From contig JBDKUN010000062.1 of NCBI GenBank assembly GCA_039679675.1, positions 81,840 through 145,839 on the forward strand: 64,000 nucleotides of DNA, given 5' to 3'. Both the position numbers and the translations under genes were made by a program. The notes beneath the pieces are model-generated. The model searched no databases. It saw nothing but the letters and a program-made list of their open reading frames with translations, and was not told the DNA's origin. Source of the stretch: Armatimonadota bacterium. GTDB taxonomy: Bacteria; Armatimonadota; UBA5829; DTLH01. Shown one piece after another: positions 37,719 to 46,404 of this stretch (position 1 is the first letter of the stretch; each line of letters opens with the position of its first letter).

Positions 37719-40133
37719 TTATGCTCCCGCGAGTACGCCGACAAGCCGAATTGTAGCCATTCCGTCCAGTCCCGTGGCAGAGATACGGTGGCCGTTTACC
37801 CGCATGGCGCGAGAATGGCACTTCAGCCGAAGGTATGCACCCGAAGCTCCTTCGAAAGCGATTACAGGATTGCGGGAATCGAGTCTTATCTCTATCCGGT
37901 CGAACTGTCCTGCGGCCATCAGGAGCGGTTCGCCCTTCAGCTTTACATAACTGCCGTTGTAAAGCCCGCAGCAGACCACTTCTCCGTTGACCTCGCTCAC
38001 AGCCGCTATTTCGGCATCGGACTCTATCTCAGGTGTATCGCTGTCGCCGGTGTGGTTCTGAGGTAAACCGGTTGCGTAAATCCAGTTGACGGTATCTCCC
38101 CGGATGATTTTTATTGCATTTCCGCTGCAGTCGATCTCCGGTGCGTCACCACTATACGGGATGAGGAGTGATAGGTAGCTCGCCTTCGTGCCTTTACGGC
38201 GCAGGCAGACTATCGGGACTGTGCGCGCGGCTGTTTCAGCAGGGCAGCGCGCGTGTAGTACTGTTCCCGGTGCATCCATGGAGAAGAATGCGGCCAATCC
38301 ACAGTCGCCGTCATGCCATCTTGCGGTAAAGTCAGCCATTTCACCCAGACTTATCGCTTTTGTTATCCATTCAGGTATATCCGCAGCAGCGCCGGATGTG
38401 GGTGGAATGTCGCAAAGCTCCCCTTCGCAGCGCAGGAGCCAGTCATAGACGTGTTCCGAATCACTTTCCAGTGTATCCCGGACTACAGCTATATCACAGG
38501 CCATCATCACCTGTCTTGTGTGATGTACACCCGGATACGCTTCTTTGGACTCGGCCTCGGCCAGTTGGAGATATTCGCCCTGCCGGAATTCGAGAAGCCT
38601 GGACTCCGATGTCGGCTGTTGATGACTGCCGTCTACGACAACCGTGTTATGGCAGAATGTGCCGCTGTAGTAGTCGGCAATCGCCGAGCCAGATCCAGGC
38701 GTGCCGTAGTCGGGGCAGAGCGGTTTGTTGTTTGCGTAAAGTGTGATGCCCATCTTGTCGAGCTGTCCGTGCTGAAGAAACGGTCCGTAATCGAACGTCA
38801 GCATGGAGCCACTCTCACTCCTGAGGGTGCATATTCCTAAGCTCGGATGGTTCGTAGAGACCAGCTTGGGTTCCTGCACCCGTCCCGGCAGGTCTCTCCC
38901 GAAGAGGAATGCGTAAAAGCTGCTCCTCGTAAACTCCCAGCGGCATTTAATGTGGGTATCGCTTTCGGGATACTTCGAGTAGTCGTATCCAGTTCTGAGC
39001 ACCCAGGCAAAGATTGGGTCGGTCCACCGCCTGAAAGCTATCTCGTAGAGCGACAGCGGTAGGTTAGAGGAGTACGGCCCGTTGTTAATTGCCGGCAGTT
39101 GGAAAGACGGATATGCGTAGCTGATTGGCGCAATAAACATCGACTTCAGACACTTGCGAGTAGCCGGTTGGTAGTTGAAAAGATCGATACCTACGCGGCT
39201 GCACGCCTCAGCAATGTGAACGAAAGCAGAAAGTGATGAAAAATGATGTGCATGTACCGATTCAGGCCAAATTCCGTCATGACCCAACTCATTCTTGATC
39301 TGATCTGAGAAATCCGTCAGTGCGGCGCTCAAGAGACCGGCATCTTTAAGCGCGCAGCCCACTACTCCGACTGCGGCAAGCCGCCATGATGCTTCGGAGC
39401 CGGTAACATCGAGTTTTGCCAGCTTTTGAGCAGCCTGCCTGAGCAATTTGTTTTCGACGGCATCTCTGTCGACCGGTGTGAAGAATCTGGAGTGGTAGAC
39501 AAGATCATAAGCCTGTGCCAGAGGAATAATCCACGCTGCCTCATCCTGCGGACGGTCCATCATGCCGTCTGAATCTTCTGAGCCGGGATATATTTTCGCA
39601 TAACCGAGAAGAATTTCGATTGCTTTTTTCGCGTATTCGGGGTCGCGGTCCAGTTGATGGATAAGCGCGAGAACCAGACAGCCGTTAGCCAGCGCGTTGT
39701 GATGGAACCACCTTGCAGCTGCGCTGTATTTATCTCCGCTGTAGGTTTTGCCGCAGCAGGGACATCGATGTTCCCCGGTGGTTGTTCCAGCGGGAGGAAT
39801 CTCCAGCCTGGTACCATCGTCGCAATAGAAGTCGGTACAACTTCCTCCGCGCTTAGGAATCTCGATAGTGGTTGCAAGCCACTGGTTGGCGCGGGCGAGA
39901 AGTCCTGTGCCGCTGAGAGAAGAAGCATCTTCCGGGGCATCTTGAAGATAAAGGCTGCGTTTCCAGCCTTCTTTTGTGAGCCCACGGCGAAGCACACTAA
40001 GCTCACGGTCACTTGCGATCACAAATGGACGCGCAGAAGCCGCAAGAAGCCGGGCTACTTCCTCTTTGCACGGTAAATCACCCGTATAATTTTTAGTAAT
40101 ATGACCCGAGGTTTTCGTTAAGTCTCGATTCAT
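37719..40133 (-). CDS. heparinase II/III / alginate lyase-like protein, possibly catalytically degenerate
   Basis: A..IL..YA..Y, AYDLV, DG.WPE, HGQLDK, PDYGT, CHNTVVVDG; no signal peptide. Confidence 0.72.
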   Translation of the reverse strand: MNRDLTKTSGHITKNYTGDLPCKEEVARLLAASARPFVIASDRELSVLRRGLTKEGWKRSLYLQDAPEDASSLSGTGLLARANQWLATTIEIPKRGGSCTDFYCDDGTRLEIPPAGTTTGEHRCPCCGKTYSGDKYSAAARWFHHNALANGCLVLALIHQLDRDPEYAKKAIEILLGYAKIYPGSEDSDGMMDRPQDEAAWIIPLAQAYDLVYHSRFFTPVDRDAVENKLLRQAAQKLAKLDVTGSEASWRLAAVGVVGCALKDAGLLSAALTDFSDQIKNELGHDGIWPESVHAHHFSSLSAFVHIAEACSRVGIDLFNYQPATRKCLKSMFIAPISYAYPSFQLPAINNGPYSSNLPLSLYEIAFRRWTDPIFAWVLRTGYDYSKYPESDTHIKCRWEFTRSSFYAFLFGRDLPGRVQEPKLVSTNHPSLGICTLRSESGSMLTFDYGPFLQHGQLDKMGITLYANNKPLCPDYGTPGSGSAIADYYSGTFCHNTVVVDGSHQQPTSESRLLEFRQGEYLQLAEAESKEAYPGVHHTRQVMMACDIAVVRDTLESDSEHVYDWLLRCEGELCDIPPTSGAAADIPEWITKAISLGEMADFTARWHDGDCGLAAFFSMDAPGTVLHARCPAETAARTVPIVCLRRKGTKASYLSLLIPYSGDAPEIDCSGNAIKIIRGDTVNWIYATGLPQNHTGDSDTPEIESDAEIAAVSEVNGEVVCCGLYNGSYVKLKGEPLLMAAGQFDRIEIRLDSRNPVIAFEGASGAYLRLKCHSRAMRVNGHRISATGLDGMATIRLVGVLAGA

Positions 40134-40395
40134 TGTCTCCTACACTTCAACCAGCCTTAGTTAACGTTTGACAAGAAGGGCGCTAGATAACAATGCCGAA
40201 GCTCTGCAACCTCGTCTGAAATTCCTGCATTACGACCCTTGACAAGAGGGTCAAAACCTTGAGTTTGCCTGCTTCAATATAAATGCTTCTTCGCAGAGAG
40301 GACGGATTCCTGCCCAAATTCTGTGAATTTCTTATTAAATGTTCTGCAAATGAGAAAACCTCAGCTATTCTGTCAGTCAGAAATGCTTTAGAACC

Positions 40396-41385
40396 TCATT
40401 TGAGCATAGTGTGCGTGTGTTGCGGCATTTTAACCCCTTCAGGTGGACTGCTGAATACATTACGTGCTAATTGGTTATATTCGTCAGCCTTTTCTTCATG
40501 CGGAAGTTGAGCGGCCTGGTCGAAGACCTGCAGTGATGCCTGTGGGTTGGCTTTGGTGAAGTGTTCAGCGACATCGACAGGAGCGATTTTTGCCTGTTTA
40601 CCCCAAACAAGGGCGACCGGCTGAGTTATGCTGGAGAACTGATCTCGAATGCTCGTGTTGAGCGCACCTGATATAAACGCGCGGATCGGATATTCCGCTC
40701 CAGGCTGGTGCGAAGATCTATAGTAATGCTCAATTACCTCCGGTGTTACGCTGCTGGGATCGGCATAAATCTGTGTTTTGAGATAAGATCTGATTCCGTT
40801 GATCGAGGTCAGCCCTAAATATACAGACTTGCCAAACACAGGTATATTGATACCTGTGCTGAGTAGGGGAGAGAAAGGTATCTTCCGGTCGGCAATCCCT
40901 ATTCCCGTAGGACAGGAAAGCAGCAGCCGTTTTATCATCAGCCTGTGACTGTGTGCCGCCAGGACTGAATACGCGGCGCCATGCGAGCTTGCCGCAATAT
41001 CCGTCGGCCTGCCGATTATATCCATTATGAAGTCAAGTATCAGCTGAGTGTAGACTTCAGAGCGGTAAGGAATATCGGGCCTGTCGGACATCCCGAAACC
41101 GACCATATCCAGTGCATAGACAGTGAAGTATTTAGAAAGCGGCAGGAAGTTTTTCCTCCACTCGAAGCTCGACGCACCGGCGCCGATGCCATGCACGAAG
41201 AGGACCGGCTCTCCTCCGCCGGAAACAGTATAGAATATATTCCCCATCCGCCACCGGTATGTCCGCTCGTGCCCTCCGATAGAGTTCTCCAAAGATCCCC
41301 CCCGGTTGGAGATGATTGCATTTGTGACAGCCGTACCTGCGGTTGCAGCGCCAATTACAGCAAGTCCCTTGTAAGGAATCTTCAA
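40396..41385 (-). CDS. alpha/beta fold hydrolase (ORF extends to 41457)
   Basis: LFVHGIG, DMVGFGMSD, ASSHG elbow, VWG, LPHEE. Confidence 0.85.
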   Translation of the reverse strand: MKIPYKGLAVIGAATAGTAVTNAIISNRGGSLENSIGGHERTYRWRMGNIFYTVSGGGEPVLFVHGIGAGASSFEWRKNFLPLSKYFTVYALDMVGFGMSDRPDIPYRSEVYTQLILDFIMDIIGRPTDIAASSHGAAYSVLAAHSHRLMIKRLLLSCPTGIGIADRKIPFSPLLSTGINIPVFGKSVYLGLTSINGIRSYLKTQIYADPSSVTPEVIEHYYRSSHQPGAEYPIRAFISGALNTSIRDQFSSITQPVALVWGKQAKIAPVDVAEHFTKANPQASLQVFDQAAQLPHEEKADEYNQLARNVFSSPPEGVKMPQHTHTMLK

Positions 41386-41486
41386 ACCGCTCACTCCCTT
41401 CAAAGTCCGGTAATTATCTTTGCTTTTTGTACCATCGGATGAATGGATGCTAAACAAGTCTGGTTTGCTTGAGGCGGCGGGTAATC

Positions 41487-41518
41487 AAAAACCGGCCTGT
41501 CTTTTCGGGCAGGCCGGT
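41487..41518 (-). terminator. intrinsic terminator after the small Cys protein gene
   Basis: ACCGGCCTGCCC-GAAA-AGACAGGCCGGT-TTTT on the minus strand. Confidence 0.78.
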
Positions 41519-41525
41519 CACGAGC

Positions 41526-41717
41526 TTACGCAGCTATATCCAACTCGGTGTTGGAATTGGAGAAGGAAGTCCTGTAACGGAACCCGTCGAACAATACCGC
41601 TACATCATCCGTTCGTTCAGCGGTTCCGGCACATACACTGCAGAGTAACTCTGCGTCTGTTTCTTCTATATATTCCGGCAGGTTTTTGATCTCCCCGCCG
41701 CATTTGCTGCATTTCAT
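41526..41717 (-). CDS. 63-aa CxxC...CxxC (Zn-ribbon-like) acidic microprotein
   Basis: MKCSKCGG...LLCSVC; GAGG RBS; has its own promoter and terminator. Confidence 0.75.
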   Translation of the reverse strand: MKCSKCGGEIKNLPEYIEETDAELLCSVCAGTAERTDDVAVLFDGFRYRTSFSNSNTELDIAA

Positions 41718-41854
41718 TTTAGCCCTCGCATTTCCGGCGCTGCCGCCTGCAGTGTTTCGGCAGTTTTAGCCAAAACTCTTTGAGAGGACTTGGGTGGGAT
41801 TGACCACCAACGCCTCGTACCGAAGGATACCGACAAATATCCTTTGTCAGCTAT

Positions 41855-41880
41855 ATACCCCAGGGGGTATAACTTTAAAC
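41855..41880 (-). promoter_or_regulatory. sigmaB-type promoter
   Basis: GTTTAA-14 nt-GGGTAT, overlapped by the palindrome TATACCCC-AG-GGGGTATA (41854-41871). Confidence 0.65.
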
Positions 41881-41927
41881 ATTGTACGAGGATGAATCGT
41901 GCTCAATGGACGATGCAAATTATGGTG

Positions 41928-42371
41928 TCAGCGAACGATACGCGAGTAGCGCCTGCGGCGAGGGGCGCTTGCGCGCTTGACCAGCCTAACGGTCATACCT
42001 TTGCCGTTTTTCAGGAACTCGATCTCATCGGTAAGGGCTTTCATAAGGGGAATTCCCAGCCCACCGGGCTGTGCTACCGGCCTGGGGTGTAATTTTTCCG
42101 GGTCGAATCCAGAGCCGTGGTCTGTTACTTCAGTTATGACTGTTCCGCCTGCATGGGAAAACTTGATGTTGACTTTGTCATCCGCACCCTGGGGTGAACC
42201 ATGGCGAATGGCGTTGGCGCATGCTTCGGTGATAGCAAGCTTTGTGTCGTGGACTTCTTTCGCGTCCATACCCGCACAATCAGCCAGGCAGCCTATTATT
42301 CGCCGGAGCCGCGCGAGATAATCCGGATTGCTTGTTATACTGACTTCAACAGTTCTACTGCCTTGTGCCAT
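41928..42371 (-). CDS. RsbW/SpoIIAB-like anti-sigma factor (HATPase_c Ser kinase)
   Basis: LAITEACANAIRHG (N box), VTDHGSGFD (G1), GGLGIPLM..LTDE, GMTVRL. Confidence 0.9.
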   Translation of the reverse strand: MAQGSRTVEVSITSNPDYLARLRRIIGCLADCAGMDAKEVHDTKLAITEACANAIRHGSPQGADDKVNIKFSHAGGTVITEVTDHGSGFDPEKLHPRPVAQPGGLGIPLMKALTDEIEFLKNGKGMTVRLVKRASAPRRRRYSRIVR

Positions 42372-42741
42372 TTGCTGTCTCCCATCTTCGAAGTATAGAA
42401 TGCAGAACCGGCGGTGTACGGTAGGGCGGCTCCGTGTGAGGATTATCCCTCCGGTCTCTAGCGTCGTTAATCTATCACAGCTGAGTTCCAGTGTCAATGC
42501 ATGGGCTGTATAAACAGGTGGGGAATATTTCCTGTGTAAATTTACAGGCTCGAAGAGCCCCTGGGACTGCTTATTGCTGGCCGCAAAACGCCCCAACTCC
42601 CCATCCCCGTTTTCTCCTCCCGTTTGCCTCAGAAGGGCTCTTCTGTTATCCTGATAATGTCTTTATAAGGCGGGTGAGACAACTACGGCAATCCTGGAAT
42701 TTATAATTATAACCATATACGCGGCAGCAGCAGCAAGAAAA

Positions 42742-44589
42742 TTGTTGGGATGGCTCGGTGTGAAGTTCAAGGGAACCGGGGAACGGCTGATCTTCGAGTC
42801 GGCGCTTGGGCTTGGGCTTCTCGGCATGTTGATATTTGTGATGGGCATGCTCAAGGTACTGTACCTGCCGTGGATTCTGAGGTTGCTTGTTGTGATAGCG
42901 GTTATCAACTACCGGGAGTTGGCCGGAGTAGTCTCCGACATATTTAGCGGCCTCAAATCGGTCAGAAAGATCAAGTGGAGCGCCGAGACGGTTATCACAG
43001 CGGTAATCCTCGCATCTGTCGCCGTATTGGCGCTTGTGAGATCGTTTGCGCCGCCGGCCGGGGACGATTGGGACAGTCTGGCTTACCACCTGGCAATCCC
43101 GAAGCTGTTTCTCAAGCATCACGGCATCTACTATATCGATTTCTCCTCCCATTCCAACTTCCCGTTTACCTGGGAGATGCTTTATGCGCTTGGGTTATCA
43201 TTCAGAAGCGTACCCTTTGCGAAGCTGTTTCACTTTGGAGCCGGGGTGCTTTCAGTCTGCGCTGTTTACAGTATGAGTATCCGGCACTTTTCCCGTTCCA
43301 CCGGCAGGCTGGCAGCGCTGATGGCTGCTGGTATCCCGCTTCTGGCCTGGGAAGCGACTACGGCGTACATAGACCTCGCTGTAGCTCTATATTCGCTTCT
43401 TACGGTCTATGCTCTTCTTAATTTCACTGAAGAAAGAGATAAAAAATGGGCTTTAGCGGCCGGACTGACTGCGGGGCTTGCTGCCGGGACGAAGATGACG
43501 GCGCTTTTGATGGTTCCAATAGCCTTTGTCTGGATATTGTGGCCGGACAGGGCAAAACCCGAAGCCCGAAGATCGAGATTGAAGACTGCTTTTGCCGCTG
43601 TCCTGTTGGCTGCGGTAATCTCAGCTCCGTGGTATATCAAGTCTTATGTCTACACCCAAAACCCGGTCTATCCGTTCGCTTACGGGGTTTTCGGAGGGAA
43701 AAACTGGAGCGCTGAAACGGCAAAGGCTTACGGGGACGATCAGAAGATGTTCGGTAGAGTCCCGGACGCGCAGTCGCCAGTGATGCTGCCCTGGAACCTG
43801 ACGTTTCGGTTCGCCCGGTTCAACGATTATGCAGCGCGGGCAGAGCCTGGGCTTGAGCTTCCTGCATTCAGCGGCAGCAGCCAGGTGTACTTGTCGTCAA
43901 TCGGTCCGCTGCTTCTGGCATTTTTACCTGTGGTCTTGTTCGCGGCGCTCAGGAAGGGCAGGCACAGGGCGCTTCTTATCGTCTCCTGCGTCATGATCGC
44001 GGCGTGGTGCTTCACGATGCAGAACACGCGATATCTCCTGCCTGCGCTCGTAATACTTGCTCCGGCGATGGCGCACTCGGCGGAGTTGATCAAGGTCAGA
44101 AAAGCAGCAGTAGCGGCGTCTGCCGCAGCAGGAGCATTTACGGTTGTACTGATGTCAATCTTTGTATGGCCGACGGTCCCAGTGGCGTTCGGGATGGAGT
44201 CCCGAGACCATTATCTGGCCAGCTCTCTCAATATCTACCGCGCGAGCAGCTTCGTAAACAAGAGCCTGCCCCGTGACGGAGGAATTGCCTTATTCGGCGA
44301 GACTCGTGGTTTCTACATAGACCGGGACTACATCTGGGCTGACCCCGGACACAACGCGCTCATCCCTTACGAGAGCATGGGCAGCGATCCGGAAAAGCTG
44401 CTCGGCTGGCTCAGAAGCCGGGGTATACGTTATGTGCTTGTAAACAAGGCCAATTTCCCCGCCTACAATGATGCGTCTGCTCCGGCGAGCGCGAAGCTCA
44501 TCTGGCTGGCTATCAGTGATGGAAGGCTGGAAGATGTCTTCAGCGATCCATCGGGCATTTCGGTCTACAAAATTGCCGGATGCAAATAA
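42742..44589 (+). CDS. GT-C fold membrane glycosyltransferase (family 39/PMT-like); true start uncertain
   Basis: PP...WDSLAYHL.IPK, many TM helices, PWY...Y..T.NPVYP, RYLLP. Confidence 0.78.
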   Translation: MLGWLGVKFKGTGERLIFESALGLGLLGMLIFVMGMLKVLYLPWILRLLVVIAVINYRELAGVVSDIFSGLKSVRKIKWSAETVITAVILASVAVLALVRSFAPPAGDDWDSLAYHLAIPKLFLKHHGIYYIDFSSHSNFPFTWEMLYALGLSFRSVPFAKLFHFGAGVLSVCAVYSMSIRHFSRSTGRLAALMAAGIPLLAWEATTAYIDLAVALYSLLTVYALLNFTEERDKKWALAAGLTAGLAAGTKMTALLMVPIAFVWILWPDRAKPEARRSRLKTAFAAVLLAAVISAPWYIKSYVYTQNPVYPFAYGVFGGKNWSAETAKAYGDDQKMFGRVPDAQSPVMLPWNLTFRFARFNDYAARAEPGLELPAFSGSSQVYLSSIGPLLLAFLPVVLFAALRKGRHRALLIVSCVMIAAWCFTMQNTRYLLPALVILAPAMAHSAELIKVRKAAVAASAAAGAFTVVLMSIFVWPTVPVAFGMESRDHYLASSLNIYRASSFVNKSLPRDGGIALFGETRGFYIDRDYIWADPGHNALIPYESMGSDPEKLLGWLRSRGIRYVLVNKANFPAYNDASAPASAKLIWLAISDGRLEDVFSDPSGISVYKIAGCK

Positions 44590-44611
44590 TGGAGCTCAAT
44601 ATAAATCTGTA

Positions 44612-44638
44612 GTTTCGTGATGCTCTACCATCGGGTAA
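44612..44638 (+). promoter_or_regulatory. sigmaB/SigF-type promoter candidate
   Basis: GTTT-17 nt-GGGTAA upstream of the GGAGG/TTG at 44675. Confidence 0.45.
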
Positions 44639-44674
44639 CCTAAAGCCGGATTGCAACAATGGAGGCTTTTACAG

Positions 44675-45403
44675 TTGGCACAAGCTGAGCACTGCGTTTC
44701 GGTTGAGCACAGAGATGTATATGTTCAGGCGTTGGAGTCTCTTGCCGAGCATGAGGTCCCGTTCGTTTTGGGTGGGGCGTTCGCTGTCTGGTTTTATACC
44801 GGCAGATGGCGCGATACGCACGACATAGATGTCTTCACCACGCCTGAGAATGTGCCGTCTGCAGTGGATGCGTTGACGGTAGCCGGGTTCGAAGACCTGG
44901 GAGAGCAGGCTGCAGGCGACCGCGAGTGGATACACCACGCGGTAAAAGGCGATATTATCGTCGATGTCATCTTCAAGTTCGCAAACCGGGTCACTACTGT
45001 TGCGGATGATTGGATAGAGCGGGGTAAAGAAGGCGAATTCCTTGGCGTTCCTCTCAAATTCATGCCGGTAGAAGAACTCGTCCACTCCAAGATATTCACG
45101 ATGAACAAACATCGGTGCGACTGGCCGGATATAATGAGAATTTTCAGGGCCAACTGTACCACATTCGACTGGAACCGGCTGCTCAGTATGCTTGGAGAGC
45201 ACTGGCTGCTTTTTGCAGGTGTTATAGATGTATTCGATTGGCAGTTTCCGGCGGAATGCGCCTGCGTTCCCGTCGAAATCCGCCGCGAGTTGGCGAGAAG
45301 GAGGCTGGAATACAAGCCCGATCCAAACAGCCCGTCCCGTGAAAACCTGCTTGATCCCTGGATCCATTCGAGGCCGGAAAATAAATGCTACTTGGAGCAA
45401 TGA
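44675..45403 (+). CDS. uncharacterised nucleotidyltransferase family protein
   Basis: FVLGGAFAV..Y...RDTHDIDVF (GG...DxD), VDVIF. Confidence 0.82.
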   Translation: MAQAEHCVSVEHRDVYVQALESLAEHEVPFVLGGAFAVWFYTGRWRDTHDIDVFTTPENVPSAVDALTVAGFEDLGEQAAGDREWIHHAVKGDIIVDVIFKFANRVTTVADDWIERGKEGEFLGVPLKFMPVEELVHSKIFTMNKHRCDWPDIMRIFRANCTTFDWNRLLSMLGEHWLLFAGVIDVFDWQFPAECACVPVEIRRELARRRLEYKPDPNSPSRENLLDPWIHSRPENKCYLEQ

Positions 45404-46164
45404 ACAACCCCATGATCGATGTCGTGGAGGAGATCGAGGCGATTGCTGGTCTGGGTTTCGACTTCATCGATCTGACAATGGAACCTCAAGCGGCGTATTC
45501 CGGGACTTTCCCTACACGCGATGTTATTAAGGCGCTGGACCGCACCGGGCTTGGGATCGTCGGCCATACCGCGTGGTATCTGCAGATAGCAAGCCCGTTT
45601 CCTGAAATACGTGAAGCTGTCCTGCGGGAGTTCGAGAGATGCCTCAGGATATTCCACGAACTAGGCGCAAAACTGATGAACATTCACCCGCACACCGTCG
45701 CGCCGCTCCACGACTGGAACTGGATTATGAGCCAGAACATAGCGACGCTGTCCCGCCTGGTCGCTGTCGCCGACCGACACGGGATGAGGATTATAGTCGA
45801 GAATACCTCACACTTCAGCCGGTCCATAGAGCTGAGGAAGCTGCTGGATGCCGTACCCGGTGCGGGGTTTCATCTGGACGTAGGCCATGCCCACCTGGAC
45901 ACGCCCTACAACCGCACCGAGGAACTTGTCGCAAACTTCGGCGACAGGCTGTGGCACGTGCATGTTTCCGACAACAAGGGAGGGCGTGACGACCTTCACC
46001 TCCCGCTTGGAGTGGGAAATATCAATTGGGCCTGGGTAGTGAAAATCCTGAAGAATGCCGGTTACGACGACAAAATCACCATAGAAGTTTTCGGAGACGA
46101 TCCGGATTATCTGACGATCAGCAGGGAAAAACTCCGGACACTGTGGGATACAATACAGCCGTAA
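45385..46164 (+). CDS. sugar phosphate isomerase/epimerase (AP endonuclease 2-type TIM barrel)
   Basis: IVEN, HLDVGHA, HVHVSDN, DLHLPLG.G, TIEVF. Confidence 0.88.
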   Translation: MLLGAMNNPMIDVVEEIEAIAGLGFDFIDLTMEPQAAYSGTFPTRDVIKALDRTGLGIVGHTAWYLQIASPFPEIREAVLREFERCLRIFHELGAKLMNIHPHTVAPLHDWNWIMSQNIATLSRLVAVADRHGMRIIVENTSHFSRSIELRKLLDAVPGAGFHLDVGHAHLDTPYNRTEELVANFGDRLWHVHVSDNKGGRDDLHLPLGVGNINWAWVVKILKNAGYDDKITIEVFGDDPDYLTISREKLRTLWDTIQP

Positions 46165-46404
46165 GTTCGGAATAGCTATCAGCTGTCAATTTTGAAACGC
46201 GGGTTTCTCGAATGGCGGAGTAAGAAACCTGCCGTAGTTTATCCCGAATCACGAGTCTCCACTAATCCCGTCTTCAATTAATATATTCTCCATCAATTAT
46301 TTTCCTGCAACACGGAATATTCCCTCAAATTCTGCATCTACTATGTGGAAGCGCACGATTAACAGGCGCATTACGTAGTATGATGTGATATAGGAGCAAA
46401 TCAG

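Noticed and set aside
42657..42741. Possible frameshift at the start of the GT-C gene
   Set aside because: The frame is open and hydrophobic upstream of TTG 42742 without a standard start, but a non-canonical start or the TTG itself explains it; this cannot be resolved without homologues.
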